The translations under genes and the position numbers were made by a program. Below the pieces are notes generated by a model. That model did not search any database, had not been told where the DNA came from, and was given only the letters and a program-made list of their open reading frames with translations. A stretch of DNA of 64,000 bases from Mobula hypostoma (taxonomy: Eukaryota). Below are positions 36,701 to 48,700 of this stretch, piece after piece. Location of the stretch: contig NC_086097.1 of the NCBI RefSeq assembly GCF_963921235.1, positions 930,001 through 994,000 on the forward strand, read 5' to 3'. Position 1 is the first letter of the stretch. Each line of letters begins with the position of its first letter.

Positions 36701-39700
36701 GTCCAATCCCTTTACGTTTCAATCAGATCCCCCCTCAATCTTCTAAATTCCAACGAGTACAAGCCCAGTTCATCCAGTCTTTCTTCATATGAAAGTCCTG
36801 CCATCCCAGGAATCAATCTGGTGAACCTTCTTTGTACTCCCTCTATGGCAAAGATGTCTTTCCTCAGATTAGGGGACCAAAACTGCACACAATACTCCAG
36901 GTGTGGTCTCACCAAGGTTTGTACAACTGCAGTAGTACCTCCCTGCTCCTGTATTCGAATCCTCTCGCTATAAATGCCAGCATACCATTCGCCTTTCTCA
37001 CCGCCTGCTGTACCTGCAGGCCCACTTTCAATGACTGGTGTATAATGACACCCAGGTCTCGTTGCACCTCCCCTTTTCCTAATCGGCCACCATTCAGATA
37101 ATAATCTGTTTTCCTATTTTTGCCACCAAAGTGGATAACTTCACATTTATCCACATTAAATTGCATCTGCCATGAATTTGCCCACTCACTCAACCTATCC
37201 AAGTCACCCTGCATCCTCTTAGCATCCTCCTCACAGCTAACACTGCCACCCAGCTTCGTGTCATCCGATACTTGGAGATGCTGCATTTAATTCCCTCATC
37301 CAAGTCATTAATATATATTGTAAACAACTGGGGTCCCAGCACTGAGCCTTGCGGTACCCCACTAGTCACCGCCTGCCATTCTGAAAAGGTCCCGTTTATT
37401 CCCACTCTTTGCTTCCTGTCTGCTAACCAATTCTCCACCCACACCAATACCTTACCCCCAATACCGTGTGCTTTAAGTTTGCACACTAATCTCCTGTGTG
37501 GGACCTTGTCAAAAGCCTTTTGAAAATCCAAATATACCACATCCACTGGTTCTCCCTTATCCACTCTACCAGTTACATCCTCAAAAAATTCTATGAGATT
37601 CGTCAGACATGATTTTCCTTTCACAAATCCATGCTGACTTTGTCCGATCATTTCACCGCTTTCCAAATGTGCTGTTATCACATCCTTGATAATTGACTCC
37701 AGCAGTTTCCCCACCACCGACGTTAGGCTAACTGGTCTATAATTCCACAGTTTCTCTCTCCCTCCTTTTTTAAAAAGTGGGGTTACATTAGCCACCCTCC
37801 AATCCTCAGGAACTAGCCCAGAATCTAACGAGTTTCGAAAAATTATCACTAATGCATCCACTATTTCTTGGGCTACTTCCTTAAGCACTCTAGGATGCAG
37901 ACCATCTGGCTCTGGGGATTTATCTGCCTTCAATCCCTTCAATTTACCTAACACCACTTCCCTACTAACATGTATTTCGCTCAGTTCCTCCATCTCACTG
38001 GACCCTCTGTCCCTTACTATTTCTGGAAGATTATTTATGTCCTCCTTAGTGAAGGCAGAACCAAAGTAATTATTCAATTGGTCTGCCATGTCCTTGCTCC
38101 CCATAATCGATTCACCTGTTTCTGTCTGCAGGGGACCTACATTTGTCTTTACCAGTCTTTTCCTCTTTACATATCTATAAAAGCTTTTACAGTCCGTTTT
38201 TACGTTCCCTGCCAGTTTTCTCTCATAATCTTTTCTCCCCTTCCTAATTAAGCCCTTTGTCCTCCTCTGCTGAACTCTGAATTTCTCCCAGTCCTCAGGT
38301 GAGTCACTTTCTCTGGCTAATTTGTATGCTTCTTCTTTGGAATTGATACTATCCCTAATTTCTCTTGTCAGCCACGGGTGCACTACCTTCCTTGATTTAT
38401 TCTTTTGCCAAACTGGGATGAACAATTGTTCTAGTTCATCCATGCAACCTTTAAATGCTTGCCATTGCATATCCACCGTCAATCCTTTAAGTGTCATTTG
38501 CCAGTCTATCTTAGCTAATTCACGTCTCATACCTTCAAAGTTACCCCTCTTTAAGTTCAGAACCTTTGTTTCTGAATTAACTATGTCACTCTCCATCTTA
38601 ATGAAGAATTCCACCACATTATGGTCACTCTTACCCAAGGGGCCTCTCACGACAAGATTGCTAATTAACCCTTCCTCATTGCTCAAAACCCAGTCCAGAA
38701 TAGCCTGCTCTCCAGTTGGTTTCTCGACATGTTGGTTCAAAAAACCATCCCGCATACATTCCAAGAAATCCTCTTCCTCAGCACCTTTACCAATTTGGTT
38801 CACCCAGTCTACATGTAGATTGAAGTCACCCATTATAACTGCTGTTCCTTTATTGCACACATTTCTAATTTCCTGTCCCCCTTGAACTTCCCACCCCTTT
38901 CCTTCAAGCCATGTCCTCTTGTATTGAGCAGTGGTGCCCTGGGCAAGAGGTACTGGCTATCCACTGTATCTATTCCTCTTAATATCTTGTACACTTCTAT
39001 CATGTCTCCTCTCATCCTCCTTCTCTCCAAAGAGTAAAGCCTAGCTCCCTTAATCTCTGATCATAATGCATACTTTCTAAACCAGCCAGCATCCTGGTAA
39101 ATCTCCTCTGTACCCTTTCCAATGCTTCCACATCTTTCCCACAGTGAGGTGACCAGAACTGGACACAGTACTCCAAGTGTGGCCTAACCAGAGTTTTATA
39201 GAGCTGCATCATTACCTCACGACTCTTAAACTCTATCCCTCGACTTATGAAAGCTAACACCCCATAAGCTTTCTTAACTACCCTATCCACCTGTGAGGCA
39301 ACTTTCAGGGATCTGTGGACATGTACCCCGAGATCCCTCTGCTCCTCCACGCTACCAAGTATCCTGCCATTTACTTTGTACTCTGCCTTGGAGTTTGTCC
39401 TTCCAAAGTGTACCACCTCACACTTCTCCGGGTTGAACTCCATCTGCCACTTCTCAGCTCACTTCTGCATCCTGTCAATGTCTCTCTGCAATCTTTGACA
39501 ATCCTCTACACTATCTACAACACCACCAACCTTTGTGTTGTCTGCAAACTTGCCAACCCACCCCTCTACCCCCACATCCAAGTCGTTAATAAAAATCACG
39601 AAAAGTAGAGGTCCCAGAACAGATCCTTGTGGGACACCACTAGTCACAACCCTCCCATCTGAATGTACTACCTCCACCACCACCCTCTGCCTTCTGCAGG

Positions 39701-42700
39701 CAAGCCAATTCTGAATCCACCTGGCCAAACTTCCCTGGATCCCATGCCTTCTAACTTTCTGAATAAGCCTATCATGTGGAACCTTGTCAAATGCCTTACT
39801 AAAATCCACATAGATCACATCCACTGCACTACCCTAATGCCTCCCCAATATCTTCTGCTACCTCTTTCAGAACCCTGGGATATACACCATCTGGTCCAGG
39901 TGACTTATCCACCTTCAGACCTTTCAGTTTTGCAAAAACTCTTCCCTAGTAATGGCAATTTCACACACTTAACACCCCTAACACTCTGGAACTTCCACCA
40001 TCCTGCTAGTGCCTTCTACAGTGAAGACTGATGCAAAATTCTCATTCAGTTCATCTGCCATTTCCTTGTCCGACAATGCTACCTCTCCAGCATTGTTTTC
40101 CAGCAATCCAATATCCGCTCTCACCTCTCTTTTACAGTTTATATATCTGAAGAAACTTTCGGTATCCTCTTTAATATTATTGGCTAGCTTTCGTATTCCA
40201 TCTCTTTCTTCTTAAAGACTTTTTATTTGCATTTTTTTGATTCTTAAAATCCTCCCAATCCTCTCTTACCACTAATATTTGCTCTATTATATGCCCTATT
40301 GGGTTTTATGTTGGCTTTGACTTCACATTAGCCACGGTGTGCCATCTTGCCTTTAGAATATTTCTTCCTCTTTGGGATATATATATCATGTGGCAGGCAG
40401 TGACTAGTGGGGTACCGCAAGACTCAGTGCTGGGACCCCAGTTGTTTACAATATATATTAATGACTTGGATGAGGGAATTAAATGCAGCATCTCCAAGTT
40501 TGCGGATGACACGAAGCTGGGCGGCAGTGTTAGCTGTGAGGAGGATGCTAAGAGGATGCAGGGTGACTTGGATAGGTTGGGTGAGTGGGCAAATTCATGG
40601 CAGATGCAATTTAATGTGGATAAATGTGAAGTTATCCACTTTGGTGGCAAAAATAGGAAAACAGATTATTATCTGAATGGTGGCCGATTAGGAAAAGGGG
40701 AGGTGCAACGAGACCTGGGTGTCATTATACACCAGTCATTGAAAGTGGGCATGCAGGTACAGCAGGCGGTGAGAAAGGCGAATGGTATGCTGGCATTTAT
40801 AGCGAGAGGATTCGAGTACAGGAGCAGGGAGGTACTACTGCAGTTGTACAAGGCCTTGGTGAGACCACACCTGGAGTATTGTGTGCAGTTTTGGTCCCCT
40901 AATCTGAGGAAAGACATCCTTGCCATAGAGGGAGTACAAAGAAGGTTCACCAGATTGATTCCTGGGATGGCAGGACTTTCATATGAAGAAAGACTGGATG
41001 AACTGGGCTTGTACTCGTTGGAATTTAGAAGATTGAGGGGGGATCTTATTGAAACGTATAAAATCCTAAAGGGATTGGACAGGCTAGATGCAGGAAGATT
41101 GTTCCCGATGTTGGGGAAGTCCAGAACGAGGGGTCACAGTTTGAGGATAAAGGGGAAGCCTTTTAGGACCGAGATTAGGAAAAACTTCTTCACACAGAGA
41201 GTGGTGAATCTGTGGAATTCTCTGCCACAGGAAACAGTTGAGGCCAGTTCATTGGCTATATTTAAGAGGGAGTTAGATATGGCCCTTGTGGCTACGGGGA
41301 TCAGGGGGTATGGAGGGAAGGCTGGTGCAGGGTTCTGAGTTGGATGATCAGCCATGATCATAATAAATGGCGGTGCAGGCTCGAAGGGCCGAATGGCCTA
41401 CTCCTGCACCTATTTTGTATGTTTCTATGTGGTTTCTGAATTGCTTCCAGTAATTCCGGCCGTTGCTGCTCTACTGTCATCCCTTCCAGTGTTCGTTTCC
41501 AGTCGTTTCTGGCCAACTCCTCTCATGTCTCTGCAATTCCCTTTACTCCACTGTAATATTGATACATCTGACTTTAGCTTCAACTTTTCAAATGTCAGTG
41601 TGAATTCGATCATATTATGATCACTTGCTCCCCAAGGGTTCTTTTACCTTTGGCTATCCAATTAATTCTGGTTCATTGCACAACAACCAATCCAGAATAG
41701 CTGATCCCCTACTGGGCTCAACCATGAGCTGCTCCAAAAAGCCACCCCATAGGCATTTTAGAAATTCCCCCTCTTGAGATCCAGCACCAATCTGATTTTC
41801 CCAATCTACCTGCATTTTGAAATCCCCATGACTATTGTAACATTGCCCTTTTGGCATGTATTTTCTATCTTCTGTTGTAATATGTAGACTATATCTTTAC
41901 TACTGTTTGGGGGTCTGTATACAACTCCCAACAGTGTCTTTAGCTCTACCTACAACAATTCAACACCTTCCAACCCTACAGTATGGCACCTCTTTCTAAT
42001 GATTTGATTTCATTTTTTACCAACAGAGACACGTCACCCTCTCTGCCTTCCTGCCTTGCCTGTTCTTTCAATACAATGTGTATCCTTGGATATTAAGCTC
42101 CCAGCTATAATCTTTCAGCCATGATTCAGTGATGCCTACAGTATCGTACCTGCCAATCTATAACTGTGCTACAAGTTCATCTACCTTATTCTATATAGTG
42201 TGCATATTCAAATATAACACCTTTGAGTCCTGTATTCACCCTTTTCACTGCTTTTGTTTGTAAACCAACTACCTCATCCTTGAGCACTATCACTCCAGTT
42301 CCCATTCCCCTACCAAATTAGTTTAAACCCTCACAAACAACTGTGGCAAACCTGCCAGCAAGGTATTGGTCCCTTCGGGTTCAGGTGTAACCTGTCCCTT
42401 TTGTACAGATTGTATCTTCCCCAGAAGAGATCCCAATGATCCATAAATCTGAACCCCTGCCCCCTGCACCAGTTCCCTGGTGTGTGGCACAGGCAGCAAT
42501 CCAGAGATTTCTACTCTTGAGGTCCTGTTTTTCAGCTTTCTACCTAGCTCCCTAGAATCTCTCTTCAGGACCTCCTCACCCTGTCTCCCTATGTCATTGG
42601 TGCCAATATGTACCAAGACTTCAGGCTGCTCATCTTCGCCCTTGAGAATATCATGGACCTGATCCGAGACCCCCGACACTCGCACCTGGAGGCAACATAC

Positions 42701-45700
42701 TATCCGGGCATCTCTACTGTGTCCACAGAAGCTCATCTCTGTTCCTCCAACTATGGAATCTCCTATCACCACTGCATTCCTCTTCCCTCTCTGGTCTTCT
42801 GAGCCATAGCACCAGACTCAGTGCCAGAGACCCGGTTGTTTTAGCTCCCCCCGGTAGGCTGTGCACCTCAACAGTATCTAAAGTTGTGTAACTAATACTG
42901 AGGGAAACAGCCACAGGTGTACTCGGCACTGGCTGTGCATTTCCCCTCCTCCTTCTGATAGTCACCCAGCTACCCATTCTTGCAACTGACGGATGACTAC
43001 TTTCCCTGTCTGTCACCTCCCTATTCTCCCATATGGGTTGAATTTTCTCAGCTGCAGCTCGGTGCACCTGGTGCAAATGTGTTTATCTGGAGAGTGGAGG
43101 TCTCCCAGACATCCCACACAGAGTACAAAACACTGCCCTGGAGCTATTCTCACTGCACTACTATGCGCTAACAGACGAGGAATGAACAAATACGATGAAG
43201 GAGAGAAACTTACCAAGCCTTGATGAGTCAGAGCAACTCTAAACATTGGTACACTCAAAAGAATGGCTGCTCTGCTTGCACTTGTGGTATTTTTACTCCC
43301 TCTTTCTAATGAATCCCTCATTGATTGGTTGCAGCCCAATTCCAAGAAACTGCCGTCAAGCTCTGTCTTTTAAATGTTGATTACTGACCTGATTGAAAGT
43401 AGCTCTATGTATACACTTCCTCTTGTTGATTGATTGTACCGCAGTTCCTGATTAAAGGGGAGCAGGAGGTGCGCTCGGAAATGGTGTGGGGATAGAACGA
43501 GCTGGGCGTGGCATTTATCCTGATAGCTCCATCTTTGGTGAGCAGCAATGCAGTGGGCCAGTTGGCCTGTGCAGTAACTGTGCAAGTGTCTGGTGTTTGC
43601 AGAGGGGACAATGGATAACATTACAGTGCAAGCCCTGGAACACATCCATTCCAACGAAGTGATCATGACCCTGGGACGATCCCCAACTGTGGAAGCTTTC
43701 CTCAAAGAGGCTGCTCGAAAACGCACCTTCCATGTCATTGTGGCCGAGTGTGCCCCCTACTGCCAGGTTAGTGGGAGTGGTGAGGGGCTCAGGGCTCGGC
43801 AGGGAGATGGGGAGGGAGTCACGATGAGGCCACGCTCAGGTTGGAGGAGCAACACCTTATATTCCATCTGGGCAGCCTCCAACCTGATCACACAAACATG
43901 GATTTCTCAAACTTCCAGTAATGGCCACTCCCCCTTCCACCATTTCCCATCCCCTTTTCCTTCTCTCACCTTATCTCCTTGCCTGCCCATCGCCTCCCTC
44001 TGGTGCTTTCCACCCCTCCTTTTCTTTCTTCCATAACCTTCCTCCTTCTCTAGCCCTATATTTCTTTCACCAATCAACTTCCCAGCTTTTTACACCCCTT
44101 CGCCCTCCCGGCCTCACCTATCACCTTGTGTTTCTCCCTCCTCTCCCCCCACCTTTTAACTCAGATTACCTCATCTTTTTTCCTCCAGTCCTGCTGACGG
44201 GTCTCAGCCCGAAACATGGACTGTGTTTTACATAGATGCTGCCTTGTCTGCCAAGTTCCTCTTGCATTTTGTGTGTGTTGCTTGGATTTTCACCACCTGC
44301 AGATTTTCTCATTTGGGAGGGAGACTACGTCTGCCCAACTCTCCCAGCTGTTTCTGTCTGCCCCATCTCCAGTGCTCGCCGTCCTGCCTCTTCCACAGAG
44401 GTTCCCCACTGGGGCTCCCCACCGCCTGTTGAGGGATCATCCACCTGGGCTCAGATAGGAAATTCACCTCAGTCTCCGGGTTCTAGGGTCACGAAATGTC
44501 TGTTGCGCTGTCTGCTGCTGGGATCGAAACGACTGTCATCACCGACGCTGCCATCTTCGCTGTCATGTCACGTGTCAATAAGGTACAGTCTGAGGGTGCT
44601 GTATACTACAGGGATCGTGGCGCAGGACAGGGAGGAGGTGACAAGGAGGCAAGGAATGTGAGGGGGAGGGAGAGGGTGGGGTATAGTGGGGAGGGGAGAG
44701 CCAATGAGGCAGTGGAGCAGCACGGAGAGAAGAGTTGGGTCGAGGTAAGGGATGGGTAGTGAGGGAAGAGGGGTGGAGGTGAGGGATGGGTAGTGGAGGG
44801 GTGAGCGGCACTGAGGGAAGAGGGGTCAGGGTGAGGGATGGGTAGTGAGGGAAGAGTTGGGCTGAGGTGAGGGATGGGTAGTGGAGGGGTGAGCAGCACG
44901 GAAGAATTGGGTCGAGGTGAGGGATGGGTAGTGGGGTGAGGGGCACAGAGGGAAGAGTTGGGTCGAGGTGAGGGATGGGTAGTGGAGGGGTGAGCGGCAC
45001 TGTGAGAAGAGTTGGCTGGGGACGTGGGTCAGTGTAGGAGTAGTAATTTCAGAGGCTGTTTGAGGAGGGTGTGGAGTTGGGAGGGGCGTGCCTGCACTGA
45101 TGTGGTTTCCTGGCATCTCTACAGGTCATCATTGGTACCAAAACCATCCTCGCCAATGGGGGCCTGCGGGCGGTGAACGGCGCCCACACCCTGGCACTGG
45201 CCGCTAGGCACTTTTCCACACCGGTCATCGTCTGTGCTGCCATGTACAAGCTGTGTCCACAGGTACTTCCTCACCTAAGCTCTCCTCCACAAATCTCATG
45301 TTTACACCTTTAGTGCCGTTCAATCAGATCAGGGCTGATCCATCCTTAATGTCAATACCAGTTTCCTACTGCCTCATACTCCTGGTTCCTTCACCTGGAA
45401 TACATTCACACTCTGACACCACAGCTTTCTGGGGATGTGACCCTCAGAAGAAATACCTTCTCATTCTTATTTTATTCCACACTGCTTACAGTGAGGCCCC
45501 TTCGCTCAAATCTACCTGTCAACCTTCGCTCTTGTACTCCGACCCTGTTGTACCTCAATATTTTGTAGACTCAGTTTAAATAACATGCTTTCATTCTTTC
45601 TTTCAAGATGGATTACCTCACGCTTTACTACCACCTTGGCATGTTCTCTGCTTATGTAACCAATTTGTACACCCATACCAGGCTGTGATGCAGCCAGTCA

Positions 45701-48700
45701 ATATACGTTCCACCACATATCTGTGTGGTTAAAGTATTAGACAACACCAGACAACGGGGTGACCCATTGGGGCACCCTTTGAGAGAAGGGTACTGCAGTC
45801 TGATGTGACCAGAATGAACATTAAATTTTCCTGAATGCTATTGGTATCGCTTTGCTTTGGAAATGGAAGTAGAAAACCTCAGTTTAGTAAAGAAGAACAA
45901 TGCGTAGCAAAGCAAATATAGCTGCTCCTCGTTTTACGAAGGACACTTTTGATGGCATCATTTCTGGTTTATCTGCTACCCTTGTGCCTCTCGTTGTCAT
46001 TCTGGAGACGTGCAGCCCTTTCATCCCCCGTCTCTTCAGCTCTTCTACTGTTTGTTGTTTGTCTCTGATCCTGGAGACATGCATGCCTCTCCTCCTCTGT
46101 CTCTTCTTCTCTAATCTTTTCTTGTCCCGACTGTTTGATCCTGGAGTCGTGCGGCCCTGGCCTCATCCGATTCTTGTTCTCTCCCTCTCCTTGCTGCTTC
46201 CTGACGACGTTTGGCGTCATCTCTTGACCATAATGTTCCCCTACCCTTTCCACGTGGCATAATTAGGCTGACCTTTTTTTTTACCCTAATGCTGGATAGA
46301 AGATACGAAGCACTAACACCAAAGGATGCTGATTATTCTTGATGATGTGGTTGGTGCTCTCCTAAATGGACGTGATATAGTCACTGCTGTCCTTTGACTG
46401 CAGCAAAGGGTTTTATGGGTGTCTCGAAGTACGTCATTACGATAAGATTTAATTATCTCTTATTGATGGGTCTGTTAGATCTGTCCCAATCCTGCACATG
46501 CTGATGGTGATTAGCAGAATGTGACCCCTCGAAATAGAGCTGCCCTGCCCTTTTGCTCTGGTAGGTGTCACTGCTGAGGCTAGCTGTGTGCCTGTGTCGG
46601 GTTGTCATGTCCCGATTTCCATGATGGCTGATCGGGTCTTGGGTGAAAGCCAGCCTGTTGATTTTTGGCGAATGAGCAATTTTATACGAATATATCACCC
46701 TGAACTTTGCCTGCATTCTGTAAGTTAGTGCATTTTAATTCAACTTAGCCAAAAAAAGTGCCGCTGTAATGCACCGTTTGCGCTAATTGGAGGTCACAGA
46801 CAGACAGACAGAGCATGAGAGTTTTAGTAGTGTATAGATGCCAAACCTTCACAAGCTTCTAAGGAAGTAAGGACGCTACCATGCTTCCTCATTGCACTGA
46901 TTTGCTGGGCCCATGACAGGTCCTCTGAAATGACAACATTGAGGAATTTAAAGTTGCTGGCTCTTGGATCTCCAGTTTCCTCCTCCTGAAGTCAATGATC
47001 AGCTCCTTGGGTTTGCTATCATTGAGTAAGAAGTTGTTGTTATGACACCACTCAGCTGGATTTCCAATCTCCTTCCTATACGTTGATTCATCACCACCTT
47101 TGATTTGGCCTACAACAGTACTGTCATCAGCAAACTTAAACATGGCATTGGAGTTGTGCTTAGCTACACAGTTATAAATGTGAAGTGAGTAGAGTTGGGT
47201 CAAAGGGTTTGATTCTGACTTGCTGGAAACTCTGTCTATGACACATTCTGTTCCTGTATGTGCCTTGCTGAGTCGAACTGATCCATGCAGACATAGTCAT
47301 CAGAGACGTAGACTTCTCCCTAATCTCCCACATCGGTGACTGCCAACCATCAGTCGGAACATAAAGCTACCGTACGCCTGCCTTGACCTCCAGAGCACGG
47401 GCTGTTTGCTGCTGCTCCTTTCTCTTTCAGTCATGGATTGGTCTCTCTGTGCAGGGAGCTCTGTCACTTCTGGTATTAATCATCTATTATTTCAGCTAAT
47501 CCTCAGCACTGATCTGACTGCTGATTCAGTACTTGTTGTGTCATGGGTGCGGGTGTGTTTGCTGCTGAATATGAACCAGTTTCTCATTCACAGTTTCCCA
47601 ACGAGGAGAACACGGTGCACAAATTTGTTTCGCCGCAAGAGGTGCTCCCTTTCACTGAAGGTACGTGTTCTTGGTTACAGCTCCCATTGTGGGGCTCAGG
47701 TTGGCTACTAGCCCATATGCTCTGGGTACTGCTGAGAGCAGGCAGGTTGGTTCTGTCACACTGAACTCATCAATGTGGTGATGGTAGATCTGGCAGTGTA
47801 CACCTGTGCATTCTGCTAGAGCACAGCATGCACGGATCCCAAGTGTGTACTTCGGTAAGACAAGGCAGTAACTCAGTCATTACAAGTGGCTTGCCAGTCT
47901 CCCAATTAATGGGGTAATCAACTCAAGCTGGTTAACAGAAGTTTTGCCACTTGTACCTGGAAATATAAATCTGTTCCAACCCACGTACAGTGTATCCTTC
48001 AAACATATCCATCAGGAGAAAGGGTGGACAATTCTGTATCAGAAACTAAATTGGGGAAAGGGAGAGTAATTGTAGCATATAAATCTGAAAGTCACGGAGA
48101 ACTTTGAATCACATTGAAGAAATGGATAATAAATCTTGCTCAAATTAAATAATTAACTATTGGTGAAGACAAATTTCCTCTTGATTGTCCTGTACACCTG
48201 TTCCACAGACACAGCTTGCTGCATTTCCTGGGTGAGTTTGGCAAGTTGAGTACATTGAGAATTCAATAAATTTACCCTTATTTTTTGCCCGGCATACTGA
48301 TCTTGGCAGGGCACAGAGTCATCTACAGCATCTAGGCAGATAGTGAGGCCAGCTGAGAAAATCATCGGGGTCTCTCTTCCCGCCATTACAGACATTTACA
48401 CCACACGCTGCATCCGTAAAGCAAACAGCATTGTGAAGGACCCCGTACACCCCTCATACAAACTCTTCTCCCTCCTGCCATCTGGCAAAAGGCACCGAAG
48501 CATTCGGGCTGTCACGATCAAACTATGTAACAGTGTCTTCCCCCAAGCCATCAGACTCCTCAATACCCAGAGCCTGGACTGACACCAACCTACTGCCCTC
48601 TACTGTGCCTGTTGTCTTGTTTATTATTTATTGTAATGCCTGCACTGTTTTGTGCACTTTATGCAGTCCTGGGTAGGTCTGCAGTCTAGTGTAGTTTTTG

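Larger units (their letters stand above)
34705..43200 (-). mobile_element. Older CR1 sequence (-) hosting nested younger CR1 insertions in intron 3
   Basis: Host segments 34705-36134, 39836-40389 and 41427-43200 (endonuclease remnant 41654-41857, esterase GDSIV/HIGTND 42323-42772). Confidence 0.8.

Noticed and set aside
44575..45116. Proline-rich minus-strand proteins
   Set aside because: Antisense translations of a G-rich tandem repeat.
45969..46253. Nested antisense host gene
   Set aside because: Lies inside Helitron-like termini and is better explained as a transposon coding remnant.
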